Shown here piece after piece: positions 29,434 to 39,135 of a stretch of DNA of 64,000 nucleotides. Below the pieces are notes generated by a model. The model was not told the origin of the DNA, made no database searches, and worked only from the letters and a program-made list of their open reading frames with translations. A program made the position numbers and the translations under genes. How positions within the stretch are numbered: the stretch's first letter is position 1; every line of letters begins with the position of its first letter. This DNA comes from Candidatus Vogelbacteria bacterium (GTDB lineage: Bacteria; Patescibacteriota; Minisyncoccia; Phycocordibacterales; XYD1-FULL-46-19): NCBI GenBank assembly GCA_016188295.1, contig JACPIA010000011.1, forward strand, positions 3,993-67,992, written 5' to 3'.

Positions 29434-30112
29434 CAGTAATGGTTAGGTAAAAAATAATTCCCTCGTTCGGTTGGAAAGTTACTTTATTCTTAGTAAAAAA
29501 ATCATTAATACTCTCGGATTTGCGGTAAAATGAGAGCGCGTAACGAATATAGCGGTTGGCGCTCTCTAAAGCTAAGATTGGCTCATCTAACACTTGAGCC
29601 ATATTGCCAGCGAGGTAGGCCATTCGACTGGTGTGAAAAAGGAGTGACAAATGGAGTGACACTGCTGGTTTTGGCACGGTGGTCGCCAGCAATTTAGTTG
29701 TCGCCTCTTGATGTATCGCTTGAGCTTGTTTTATTGTCTCAAGTGCGGCGCCATTTTTTTGCTCAATCGCTTGGTCTAAGGCGGCCAGCTCACTCCCTCG
29801 GGGAGTGGCGTAGGCTCGTAAAGTATCGGCTAAAGCCAAACCATACTGCCTCAGGATGGCGGTATCGGTTTTAGTGGTAACAATTAAGTCTTTTTCTGTA
29901 AATTCTCGAGGCAATAAGGCGGCATCATATTGCTTTAAAGCCTTTTTTTGAGTTGCTACTTCGGCGACTAATTTTTCGACCGGAGTGGTGGGGACGCTGG
30001 CAGGTGTTCGCCCGAGATACCAAAGTCCCCCGGCTAAAACCAAGAGGATAATTAAAATTACCAGTACTACCTTTTTGCTGGGTAGAAGATTATACATAAC
30101 CACTTTCTCCAC
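29396..30112 (-). CDS. Hypothetical single-pass membrane protein, first gene of the T4SS-like operon
   Basis: N-terminal TM, helical remainder; TATAAT just upstream. Confidence 0.7.
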   Translation of the reverse strand: MEKVVMYNLLPSKKVVLVILIILLVLAGGLWYLGRTPASVPTTPVEKLVAEVATQKKALKQYDAALLPREFTEKDLIVTTKTDTAILRQYGLALADTLRAYATPRGSELAALDQAIEQKNGAALETIKQAQAIHQEATTKLLATTVPKPAVSLHLSLLFHTSRMAYLAGNMAQVLDEPILALESANRYIRYALSFYRKSESINDFFTKNKVTFQPNEGIIFYLTITDDTTYATSTSQN

Positions 30113-30193
30113 TCTCTATTATAATATGCTTTAAACTAGTTTGGTCCTTAATTTAAGCGATATTAGTGGATAAACTTATGTTATAGTGGCAAT

Positions 30194-30814
30194 ATGTTGT
30201 GTCGCTCGGGAATTATTTTAGGTTTAATTATTTTAATTAGTACTTCGAGTGTCTCGGCGGCGGTTGATTTAACTAGCGAGGTGTCGCGTTTACAAGCATT
30301 AGTGGCTAGTTTACAGGCCAAGCTTAATCAACTACTTAATCAAGTAATTGAGCGAGCTACTTTAGGTGGAGCGGCCTCCCCTTTACCTCAAACGGTACCA
30401 GTTAGTCCAGTTAACACACCTAGTTTGCCGGCATTAGGGGTATCTGGAATGAATTTCCCTCCCGAGCCCAAGCGCTCAACTACCACGTTTATTGAGAATT
30501 TAAGTCCAAGTTCCGGTCCGGTTGGTACAGTAGTAACCATTAAAGGTCGTGGCTTTACTACCCAATCTCCTAATACCATTTATGCCAGTTATCAGGTGAT
30601 TAAAGGGGTAAAATCGCGTGATGGTACTACCCTTACTTTTATCGTTTCGGCCTTTGATAATGATTTTGCCGGCCCTAAGGTGTTTAAAAATCGTCCAGCA
30701 GGCCGAACAGTCTCACTGCCTTTGATTGTGACGGTTCAAAATGATACTGGTATTAGTAATGATATGATGTTTACAGTCACTTACCCGGCTCCAATTTATG
30801 AACCACAAATTTAA
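30194..30814 (+). CDS. Secreted IPT/TIG-domain protein
   Basis: Signal peptide, short coiled coil, LSPSSGPVGTVVTIKGRGF, GISN. Confidence 0.8.
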   Translation: MLCRSGIILGLIILISTSSVSAAVDLTSEVSRLQALVASLQAKLNQLLNQVIERATLGGAASPLPQTVPVSPVNTPSLPALGVSGMNFPPEPKRSTTTFIENLSPSSGPVGTVVTIKGRGFTTQSPNTIYASYQVIKGVKSRDGTTLTFIVSAFDNDFAGPKVFKNRPAGRTVSLPLIVTVQNDTGISNDMMFTVTYPAPIYEPQI

Positions 30815-31193
30815 ATTATTGATTGCAGTAATAATGTTAAGTACCTTAGTGTTGCCTAATGCTTATGCAATCGGTAATCCCTCGGTATTGGTAGCGTCTA
30901 ATTTTGGCGGTCGAATTTTAGCTACTATCCCCTGTACTTGTACTTTTAATTTAAAATTAATTTTAAGTCCAGTGGCACCTACTTTACCTGTAGAGGTAAT
31001 CTTTCAACCGGGGATTAGTATTTTGTATCGTTACGGGATGTTAGTACCAACCGCTTGGGTGTTAGGGCGGACCATCGGTTCGTCTACGTGTTGGGTCGGT
31101 TTAATCCCGTTTTGTGTACCAGTACCGAGTGTGGAGGGGGGAATTGTAAGCCCATTGATTCATATGGTGGGCACTTCTTTGCCAGGAATATAG
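30798..31193 (+). CDS. Small secreted Cys-containing protein
   Basis: Signal peptide, FGGRI..CTC..C..C..VGTS. Confidence 0.7.
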   Translation: MNHKFKLLIAVIMLSTLVLPNAYAIGNPSVLVASNFGGRILATIPCTCTFNLKLILSPVAPTLPVEVIFQPGISILYRYGMLVPTAWVLGRTIGSSTCWVGLIPFCVPVPSVEGGIVSPLIHMVGTSLPGI

Positions 31194-31633
31194 ATTGCAC
31201 TAGTGCCAGTGGCGATATTGTTTTGGCTAGTCCACCTAGCATTTACTTCTAAAACATACTGTGCTGGTTCGGTGGGGTAAAAGACTGTCGGGTAAGTGCT
31301 TGGGTTAATATTGTAGTGTATCCCTACTATCCGCCATTCGCTGTCTAACCAAATGATGTCGATGGCAAAACGCATCTCCTTCATCCAAAAGCCATAACGA
31401 CCGGGTTTATCAAAAATAAATAGCATTCCCGTGTCTTGGGCTAAACTTTCTCTACCTGATAAACCTAGTTCTTGTTTGGCTGGAGTGTCTGCTAATTCAA
31501 TTTTTATATTAGTTTCACCAAAACTTAAATAATTTTGATCCGGTTTGATTTTTTTAGGCCAAATTAAAATAGCTAAGATTAAAATAATAATTACTACAAC
31601 AATTAAACTTATTTTCGAGCGAGACATAACCAC
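31160..31633 (-). CDS. DUF192 family protein
   Basis: ELADT..GLSGR..GMLFIF..FWMKEM..IDIIW..YVLEVNA. Confidence 0.92.
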   Translation of the reverse strand: MVMSRSKISLIVVVIIILILAILIWPKKIKPDQNYLSFGETNIKIELADTPAKQELGLSGRESLAQDTGMLFIFDKPGRYGFWMKEMRFAIDIIWLDSEWRIVGIHYNINPSTYPTVFYPTEPAQYVLEVNARWTSQNNIATGTSAIYIPGKEVPTI

Positions 31634-32391
31634 TTTTCAAACTCCACATTCTCAGGGCGAACATCAGGATTAATCCCACACTTAATTAATTGCTCATTAT
31701 ACTCGGTTAAAGTATTACTTAATTTTTTACGCTTACCACTAAAGGCTTGTTTGACTAGTTTAAAAAAGTGCTCAACTTCAATGTTTTTTGGCGCCGGATG
31801 AATATTATCAAATAAAATAATACTAGAATCAACTTTGGGCGCTGGGTTAAATAAAATTTTGGGTACAGTCGCGATGTAACTCGGCTTGCAATATAATTTT
31901 ACCGCTAAAGAGAGCACGCTCTCTTTATTTTTGTAACTAGTGACACGCTCGCCTACCTCTTTTTGGATTAATAACACTGCAAGTGTTGGTCGCTGATTAG
32001 CTTGTAAAAATAATTTAATTAATTCACCAGTTAAATAGTATGGGATATTGGCAATTAATTTATGTTTTTTAGTTTTTAAAGTAGTTGGTAAATTTTCTTG
32101 ATAATATAAATCTAAAATATCACCCTCAATTAATTCTAATTTACCCTCTTTAATCTCCTGCTCAAATTTTTTAGCTAAAATAGGGATTAATCGGGCATCT
32201 TTCTCAATTGCCACCACTTTGGCACCGACATTAAGTAAATTTGTGGTTAATGTCCCCTCGCCTGGGCCGACCTCCAGTACCATATCCCCAGCCTTTACCG
32301 CTCCCGTTTTAATCATCAAATTAAGTATCTCTTGGTCATCCAAAAAGTGCTGCCCTAATGACTTTTTCGCTCTAATCGCTCTAATACTCAT
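31609..32391 (-). CDS. rsmA: 16S rRNA dimethyladenosine transferase RsmA/KsgA
   Basis: KKSLGQHFL, VLEVGPGEG, ANIPYY, QKEV, PAPKVDS; likely start ATG 32391. Confidence 0.96.
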   Translation of the reverse strand: MSIRAIRAKKSLGQHFLDDQEILNLMIKTGAVKAGDMVLEVGPGEGTLTTNLLNVGAKVVAIEKDARLIPILAKKFEQEIKEGKLELIEGDILDLYYQENLPTTLKTKKHKLIANIPYYLTGELIKLFLQANQRPTLAVLLIQKEVGERVTSYKNKESVLSLAVKLYCKPSYIATVPKILFNPAPKVDSSIILFDNIHPAPKNIEVEHFFKLVKQAFSGKRKKLSNTLTEYNEQLIKCGINPDVRPENVEFEKWLCLARK

Positions 32392-32422
32392 ATTTTTCAA
32401 CAACGAGGCTTAGCCTCGTTGG
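32391..32422. repeat. 32-bp direct repeat with REP palindrome (left flank of RAYT)
   Basis: TATTTTTCAACAACGAGGCTTAGCCTCGTTGG. Confidence 0.95.
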
Positions 32423-33062
32423 AGTAGGATAGCCAGTCATGTAAGTAATCTACCACTTCTTTTTTGGATTCAAAAACTGACAAAGACTCTTTGTTGATAA
32501 TCTTATTTTCGATTCGCTCTTGATCTAGCCAATCGTGGAGACTAGAATAATGGTAATTTTTTAAAAAATCCTCCGTTTTTACTAAATCAGCAAGACCGGA
32601 CTCTTTCCAATCGGCCTTGACCATTTTTACTGGATTTAAATGAATGTAAGTATGGACATAAGCAAGGTATTCTTCTGAATCGATGTGTTTGGCTTGGAAA
32701 TTAGACTCAAATAGTCTTCCTTTGCGCTCCTTAATTTTATTAAAATACATGGTGTAAGAGGTGGCGACTCGGTGCATAAAAGCGCTGATACCATTTTCTT
32801 TTCTTTCTTTAGCTAATATATGAAAGTGATTATCCATTAGACAATAACCGGCAATATCAACCAATAACTCTCCTCGATCAAACTCGTATTCCTCACCTGG
32901 TTTAAGATAAAAAAAGTGAAATGGATTTTGGCCATTGCATAAGTACAATAGCTTTACAAAGCGATCACGATCTTTATCAGTATGAAAGATAATACGTTTA
33001 TCGTTTCCACGGTTATAAAGGTGATACCACTCGTCTGGAGCAAAGCTAATTTTTCTACTCAT
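32397..33062 (-). mobile_element. REP-associated tyrosine transposase (RAYT, IS200/Y1 HUH superfamily)
   Basis: YHLYNRG, YCLMDNHFH (HUH), LFESNF, YIHLNPV, YHYSS. Confidence 0.92.
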
Positions 33063-33086
33063 ACCCTAAATATCTTAACATATCCT

Positions 33087-33118
33087 TATTTTTCAACAAC
33101 GAGGCTTAGCCTCGTTGG
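33087..33118. repeat. 32-bp direct repeat with REP palindrome (right flank of RAYT)
   Basis: Identical to 32391-32422. Confidence 0.95.
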
Positions 33119-33128
33119 GGATAAGGCC

Positions 33129-33164
33129 AAAGAAAACACCTGGGTGCGTGTACGCACCCAGGTG
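33129..33164 (-). terminator. Intrinsic terminator downstream of pcrA and a candidate sRNA
   Basis: CACCTGGGTGCGT/ACGCACCCAGGTG 13-bp stem then TTTTCTTT on the minus strand. Confidence 0.75.
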
Positions 33165-33271
33165 GCAGAATAATCCAGCTGATTGCCAAAAATTTCCGGC
33201 AACTTTCTGGAAAAAGGAGAAAAGCGCTTATAACTCATGTCAGTCATATACTACTATATTTTTTTGTCAAT

Positions 33272-35161
33272 CTAAAAATCGACAATACTCAAACGATTAG
33301 TTTCGGTGGTGAGGAGGTGATTGGGAATCTCAGAGAGGAATTCAGATGGAATATTAAAGCGACGATTACCAAAAACTAGACGAGTTTCAGTATAAGAAAG
33401 ATAGATTTTTTTACGAGCCCGGGTGAGAGCGACGTAAAAAAGGCGTCGTTCTTCCTCGTTGTCGCGCTCCTCGGTGCCTATTGGCGCGTGAGGAAAGAGA
33501 TCTTGCTCCAGGCCGGTAATAAACACATAATCAAATTCCAAACCTTTGGCCGCATGCACGGTCATTAATTTAACACCATCAACTTGACCATTATCATCAT
33601 CTTGATCACTAGTCAAAGCAATATCGGCTAAAAGCATAAAAAGGCCATCACTGCCGTGTGGGTCATAAGCAGTAGCCACGGTTACCAATTCCCGCAAGTT
33701 TTCCAATCGATCAATGTCATCTTCGCTCCCTTTTTTTAACTCCGCTTCCAAACCAGTCAATCGTAATACTTCTTTAATAATTGAGGAGGGTAAACTCGTT
33801 TCGGTCAGTAATTTGATTTTATCAAGCAATAAATAAAATTGATCCACTTTTTGGCGGGTGCCGGCGGGTAACTCAGTATATTGTCCGGCGGCCAATTTAA
33901 TTAAAGTAGTTTTACCGATCCCTCGGGCCGGTACATTAATAACGCGCCGGATGCTCCCCCAATCCTCACGATTGATCGCCGCTTTAATAAAAGCGATTAA
34001 ATCTTTAATTTCTTTGCGTTCATAAAAGCGGGTACCAAGTAAAATGTAAGGAATAGTATTTTTAATCAGCGCTTCTTCTAAAATACGAGATTGAAAATTG
34101 GTCCGATACAATAACGCTATTTCTTTATAGTTTACTTTACCTTCACCTACTAACTGTTCAATAATAGTGGCAATACCTAGAGCTTCGTCAGCCTCGGTGC
34201 TGTAAGCACTTAACGTCAGTTGCTCACCGTTTGCTCCTCGAGTAAATAAATTTTTGGCTTTGCGTTTTTTATTATTAACAATCACGGCATTAGCCGCCTC
34301 TAAAATGATTTTAGTAGAGCGATAATTTTCTTCCAAAGTAATTGTTTTGACATTATCAAAATCACGTTCAAAACGCAGTAAGTTTTCAAAATCGGCACCA
34401 CGCCAACTATAAATCGATTGATCAATGTCGCCCACTACACAAATGTTCTGCTTGCTTCCGGCTAATTGGCGCGAGAGTTCATATTGAATACCATTCGTAT
34501 CTTGATACTCATCAATATGGACATGTGACCACTTGATTTGGTAATGTTTCAAGATATCCGGTCGTTCTCTAAATAAAATAGTAGTTTTCAATAATAAATC
34601 GTCAAAATCAAGCCCGCCCCGCTCGCGTAATAAGTTCTCGTATTTTTCCCAAACTGGTTTTACCAGCTTGGAAAAAAAATCATAAGTTGTCGGTACGTAA
34701 TCATTCACCATTAAACCATCGCTTTTAGCTTTAGAGATGGCACCTAAAAAACGTTTCGGTTCAAACTTTTTAGGATCAATGTTTTGTGCAATCAATACTT
34801 CTTTAACTACATCCGTAGATTCACCTCGATCATAGATTGAAAAATTTTTCGGTACGCCGATAGTCAAACCATGCTCGCGTAAAATTCGGACACCAAGACC
34901 GTGAAACGTGGTGGCTAACAATGGCTCGTTTCCCTCAGGCAAGAGCTGATGTAAACGCTCGCGCAATTCTTTAGCCGCTTTATTGGTAAAAGTAATGGCG
35001 ATAATCGCGCGCGCCGGTATACCCTGATTAATTAAATGCAAAATCCGATGAGTCACCGTTTTAGTTTTACCGGCGCCGGCGCCGGCCAATACCAATAATG
35101 GTCCATCGGTAGTCAGCACAGCCTGCTTTTGAGCTTCATTTAGAGTGTCTAAGTAATACAC
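33272..35161 (-). CDS. pcrA: ATP-dependent DNA helicase PcrA/UvrD
   Basis: AGAGAGKT, TFTNKAA, DEYQD, GDIDQSIYSWRGA, NYRS, TVHAAKGLEF, EERRLFYVALTRA. Confidence 0.96.
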   Translation of the reverse strand: MYYLDTLNEAQKQAVLTTDGPLLVLAGAGAGKTKTVTHRILHLINQGIPARAIIAITFTNKAAKELRERLHQLLPEGNEPLLATTFHGLGVRILREHGLTIGVPKNFSIYDRGESTDVVKEVLIAQNIDPKKFEPKRFLGAISKAKSDGLMVNDYVPTTYDFFSKLVKPVWEKYENLLRERGGLDFDDLLLKTTILFRERPDILKHYQIKWSHVHIDEYQDTNGIQYELSRQLAGSKQNICVVGDIDQSIYSWRGADFENLLRFERDFDNVKTITLEENYRSTKIILEAANAVIVNNKKRKAKNLFTRGANGEQLTLSAYSTEADEALGIATIIEQLVGEGKVNYKEIALLYRTNFQSRILEEALIKNTIPYILLGTRFYERKEIKDLIAFIKAAINREDWGSIRRVINVPARGIGKTTLIKLAAGQYTELPAGTRQKVDQFYLLLDKIKLLTETSLPSSIIKEVLRLTGLEAELKKGSEDDIDRLENLRELVTVATAYDPHGSDGLFMLLADIALTSDQDDDNGQVDGVKLMTVHAAKGLEFDYVFITGLEQDLFPHAPIGTEERDNEEERRLFYVALTRARKKIYLSYTETRLVFGNRRFNIPSEFLSEIPNHLLTTETNRLSIVDF

Positions 35162-35206
35162 GTGCCTACTATATCATAGACATTCTCTGGTATAATAAAA
35201 TCAATT

Positions 35207-35602
35207 ATGACGGAAGCAATTATCCCTTCTATTGAGTTTGAGCAAGAATTACAAGCGCTCTCTAAAAAAGTGGAGATGGTTCGTGAAGCGCGTGAGAGTG
35301 AAGCTGGTATTGTAAATGAATTACCAACCGAGACTATTCGCCAAGTGATTGGTGAAATGGTTACCGTCGAATCATCATCAGTCAAACCGGAATCAGCGCC
35401 AATTAATACCCAAACTAGTTATTTAAGTAGTGTCAGTAGTGATCAAGCTCAACTGGTTAATGATTTAATTGTCCAAGTGCCAATTAAAGGACTCAAAAAA
35501 ACAATTGCCAGTGTGGCCGATAATCCGGCTTTGCTTGATATGTTTCACGATTCGTTAATCGATTTTTTATACGATGAGCTTAAACAGCGTAATTTGGTTT
35601 AA
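35207..35602 (+). CDS. Conserved hypothetical protein co-transcribed with the coupling protein
   Basis: TATAAT 10 nt before ATG; NPALLDMFHDSL; 3-nt gap to the next gene. Confidence 0.75.
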   Translation: MTEAIIPSIEFEQELQALSKKVEMVREARESEAGIVNELPTETIRQVIGEMVTVESSSVKPESAPINTQTSYLSSVSSDQAQLVNDLIVQVPIKGLKKTIASVADNPALLDMFHDSLIDFLYDELKQRNLV

Positions 35603-35605
35603 ACT

Positions 35606-37981
35606 ATGGATCCATTTTTGTTGACGATCGGTGCCTTAGGTACGGTATTTTTAGTGTCAGGAGTGGCGCTCTTAGTCATGTATATTTTGCGTCAGCGTAA
35701 AATTGAGTCGCTCAATTTAAAATTATTATTAATTACGGTACCGCGCCCGGAGGAGAAAGAAGGCTCTAATCAACTCGATGCGATTGCTTCCACTGAGCAA
35801 TTGATGGTCGCTTTGGCCGGGATTAGCCGCTCGTTTGTCTTTGAGGTAGTGGTCCAAAATGCCGGAGAGGAAATTTTATTTTATTTAGCGGTACCGCGCT
35901 CCCAATTAACAAGTGCTAAAACACAAATCGAAGGGCTCTTCCCTCGGGCGGAGGTAACCGAGATTTCCGACTATACTATTTTCCATCCTGATGGTGGCAG
36001 TGCCGCGGCGCATTTAACTTTAACCGAAAATGAAGCTTTACCACTCCGGACTTATAAAGAAGCAGGTGTCGACACTTTTGCGGCAATTGTAAACACCTTA
36101 TCGCATCTGCGCGAGTCGGGCGATGGTGCCACTATCCAATTGGTGGTAACACCAACCGATAACAGTATCAAAAAAACTTTAGCGAAAATGGTGGAACAAT
36201 TAAAGCAGGGCAATTCCTTTTCCTCTCTGGTTAAAAAAGGTAATTTATCTTTAGAGGTGGTAGCTAAGGCGTTAATGAGTGATAAATCATCAACCAAAAA
36301 AGATAAGTCAGAAAATAAGATAGTTGATGAGGAGGCAGTCAAAGCGCTTAGTCTTAAAATGGCTAAACCCTTATTTAAGGTCAATATCCGGGTAATTACC
36401 GCCTCGGACACCACAGCCGTGGCTGAAGATTTACTGCTGGCCATTGCTGGGCAATTTAATCAATTTGCTTCACCCTATCGTAATAATTTTAAATTAGTTA
36501 AAGCTCGCCGGCCCAAAAAGTTACTCTATCAATATATCTTCCGCGAGTTTGATCCCAGCCAAGCTTTTACTTTAAATGCCGAGGAGTTGGCTAGTATTTT
36601 CCATTTACCTACCGCCACTACCGCCGGTCCGCGGATTAGTTGGCTTAATACTAAAGAGGCACCACCACCACCTAATTTACCGCGAACTGGTACTTTAATT
36701 GCCGAGAGTATTTTTAGGGGTGAGACTAAACCGGTTTATCTCTCGGATGCTGATCGCCGCCGCCACTTGTATTTGATTGGTCAGACCGGTACTGGTAAAT
36801 CGCTCTCGATGCTTAATATGATTAATCAGGATTTACTCAATGATAAGGGTTTATGTTTAATTGATCCGCATGGTGACCTAGTCGATGCCGTCCTAGAGCG
36901 TGTGCCTAAAAGTCGGATTGATGATGTGATTGTATTTAATCCCGGTGATCTGGCTCGACCACTAGGACTCAACATGCTTGAGTACAATTTTGACCGACCA
37001 GAGGAAAAAACTTTCATCGTCAACGAGATCCAATCGATTTTTAATCAGCTCTTTGATAAAGAGACAATGGGTCCGATGTTTGAGCAGTATATGAGGAATG
37101 CCCTCCTTTTATTAATGGAAGATGCCAATCCCGCCAAAGGTGGAGAGTCCGCCACTTTAATGGAAGTGTCGCGTTTATTCACCGACACCGAGTTTCGTAA
37201 TCGTAAATTGGCTCGGATCACTAATCCAAGCGTGATCGATTTTTGGACTAAAGAGGCAGTTAAGACCAGCGGGGAGCAAGGTTTGGCCAATATGACACCA
37301 TATATTACTTCAAAATTTGGTAATTTTGTGGCTAACGACTATATGCGGCCGATTATCGGTCAGCCGCAATCAGCGTTTAATTTCCGCACAGTCATGGATG
37401 AGGGTAAAATTTTGCTCGTCAATTTAGCTAAAGGTAAAATTGGCGATATTAACTCGGGGCTCTTGGGTATGATTATTACAGGTCGCCTGTTGTTAGCGGC
37501 ACTCTCTCGCTCCGATATTCCCGAAACTGAGCGCCGTGACTTTAACTTATATATTGATGAATTCCAAAACTATACCACTGACTCGATTTCGACCATCTTG
37601 TCGGAAGCGCGGAAATATCGACTTAATCTAACAATTGCTCATCAATTTATTGCCCAACTTAAAGACAATATCCGGGAATCAGTCTTTGGTAACGTTGGTT
37701 CGATTATCTCCTTTAGAGTTGGTACTCCTGATACGGAAGTATTACTTAAACAATTTGGCTCGGTATTTACCTCCCATGATTTAGTTAATAATGAGAATCG
37801 CCACGGCTTTGCTCGAATCTTAATTAATGGTGAACCAAGTATTCCTTTCTCGATCCAAGTGCCCTTGCCTAAACTCGGCTCGGTGGAAGTCAAAGATAAA
37901 CTTAAAGAACTCTCTCGCCTCACTTATGGCCGTGATTTAACAAGGATTGAAGGTGATATTTTAACTCGCCTGCGCTCATAG
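35606..37981 (+). CDS. VirD4/TraD-like type IV coupling ATPase
   Basis: N-terminal TM, DRRRHLYLIGQTGTGKS, IDPHGD, LYIDEFQN, SEARKY, AHQFIAQL. Confidence 0.9.
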   Translation: MDPFLLTIGALGTVFLVSGVALLVMYILRQRKIESLNLKLLLITVPRPEEKEGSNQLDAIASTEQLMVALAGISRSFVFEVVVQNAGEEILFYLAVPRSQLTSAKTQIEGLFPRAEVTEISDYTIFHPDGGSAAAHLTLTENEALPLRTYKEAGVDTFAAIVNTLSHLRESGDGATIQLVVTPTDNSIKKTLAKMVEQLKQGNSFSSLVKKGNLSLEVVAKALMSDKSSTKKDKSENKIVDEEAVKALSLKMAKPLFKVNIRVITASDTTAVAEDLLLAIAGQFNQFASPYRNNFKLVKARRPKKLLYQYIFREFDPSQAFTLNAEELASIFHLPTATTAGPRISWLNTKEAPPPPNLPRTGTLIAESIFRGETKPVYLSDADRRRHLYLIGQTGTGKSLSMLNMINQDLLNDKGLCLIDPHGDLVDAVLERVPKSRIDDVIVFNPGDLARPLGLNMLEYNFDRPEEKTFIVNEIQSIFNQLFDKETMGPMFEQYMRNALLLLMEDANPAKGGESATLMEVSRLFTDTEFRNRKLARITNPSVIDFWTKEAVKTSGEQGLANMTPYITSKFGNFVANDYMRPIIGQPQSAFNFRTVMDEGKILLVNLAKGKIGDINSGLLGMIITGRLLLAALSRSDIPETERRDFNLYIDEFQNYTTDSISTILSEARKYRLNLTIAHQFIAQLKDNIRESVFGNVGSIISFRVGTPDTEVLLKQFGSVFTSHDLVNNENRHGFARILINGEPSIPFSIQVPLPKLGSVEVKDKLKELSRLTYGRDLTRIEGDILTRLRS

Positions 37982-38040
37982 CCAAAAGGGGTCTAAAAGG
38001 CTATAATAAGGCGGTTAGTCTAAATTCCCTTTAAACCTTT

Positions 38041-39084
38041 ATTCAGACGCCTCACTATTCTCGTATAGCTAAACTTAAAAGCCGTTACCGACGGGTATTT
38101 ATTGGTGGTGGGCTTTTATTACTAATAACTACGCCGGTATATGCCTCCTGGGATACTTTAATGGAACGTTTTTTAGACTCAATTAGTTCAAATCAGTTAA
38201 TGGGGCGCTCCCAAACCGCTCAAACAATGTCTCTACTCCAAGCTATTTCCTCGCCTGATCCTAAAGTGGCAGTTGGCGGTGGCGATATTACGATTGTTAA
38301 TGATTCAGCCTTACTTCCCGACATTGGGCCATTAGGGACGATTGCTGATATTGTCGAGATTCCACCTTCCGATCAAATCAGTATTTATGTGGTGCGCAAG
38401 GGCGATACTCTCTTGGCGATTGCTAAAATGTTTAATGTTTCGGTTAACACCATTATGTGGGGCAATGATTTGGCTCGTGGGACTGCTCTTAAAGAAGGTC
38501 AGACCTTGACTATTTTGCCAATTTCCGGTATCCGCTACACTGTTAAGTCGGGTGATACTCTCGCCTCAATCGCGACCAAATACAAAGGCGACGCTGAAGA
38601 AATTGCTCAGTTTAATGGTCTAGATCATGGTGCCCGTTTAACGGTGGGTAATATTTTAATTGTGCCTAATGGTGAGATAGCGGTAGCGACACCGGTTAGA
38701 ACTACTACCGGCACTGTAGGCAGTAATTTGTCCACTTTTATCGGTAACTTGATGCGTCCAATCCGCGGTGGAATCAAAACTCAAGGGATACATGGTTTTA
38801 ATGGAGTAGATCTATCTAGTGCTTATGGAGCTGAGGTTTTTGCTGCTTCGGCTGGCACTGTGATTATTGCTCGAAATGGTGGTTGGAATGGTGGCTATGG
38901 TAGTTATGTGGTGGTCGATCATAGTAATGGAGTCCAAACTTTATATGCCCACCTAAGCAAAGTAATGGTGGCGCAAGGTCAACGAGTGATCCAAGGTCAA
39001 GTAGTGGGTGCCCTCGGCAATAGTGGTCGCTCTACCGGTCCTCATCTCCACTTTGAAGTTCGCGGTACTAAAAATCCGTTTTAA
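38041..39084 (+). CDS. LysM-LysM-M23 metallopeptidase; probable ATT start at 38041
   Basis: Two LysM repeats (YVVRKGDTL, YTVKSGDTL), HGFNGVD, YAHL, GPHLHFE; in-frame signal peptide upstream of ATG 38161. Confidence 0.9.
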   Translation: MQTPHYSRIAKLKSRYRRVFIGGGLLLLITTPVYASWDTLMERFLDSISSNQLMGRSQTAQTMSLLQAISSPDPKVAVGGGDITIVNDSALLPDIGPLGTIADIVEIPPSDQISIYVVRKGDTLLAIAKMFNVSVNTIMWGNDLARGTALKEGQTLTILPISGIRYTVKSGDTLASIATKYKGDAEEIAQFNGLDHGARLTVGNILIVPNGEIAVATPVRTTTGTVGSNLSTFIGNLMRPIRGGIKTQGIHGFNGVDLSSAYGAEVFAASAGTVIIARNGGWNGGYGSYVVVDHSNGVQTLYAHLSKVMVAQGQRVIQGQVVGALGNSGRSTGPHLHFEVRGTKNPF

Positions 39085-39095
39085 GATCAAAATAT

Positions 39096-39135
39096 AAGGT
39101 CTCGCCTTTTTGGAGATCCAAGGCGAGACCTTGGA
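39096..39135. repeat. Inverted pair of short REP-like palindromes between convergent genes
   Basis: AAGGTCTCGCCTT and its reverse complement AAGGCGAGACCTT; third copy at 44243. Confidence 0.7.

Noticed and set aside
32982-33300. Plus-strand ORFs 32982-33173 and 33115-33300
   Set aside because: Cross the REP repeat and terminator; no RBS or recognisable motifs
16616-37981. Integrative conjugative element
   Set aside because: No relaxase, integrase or att sites; host-like composition; interleaved with rsmA and pcrA
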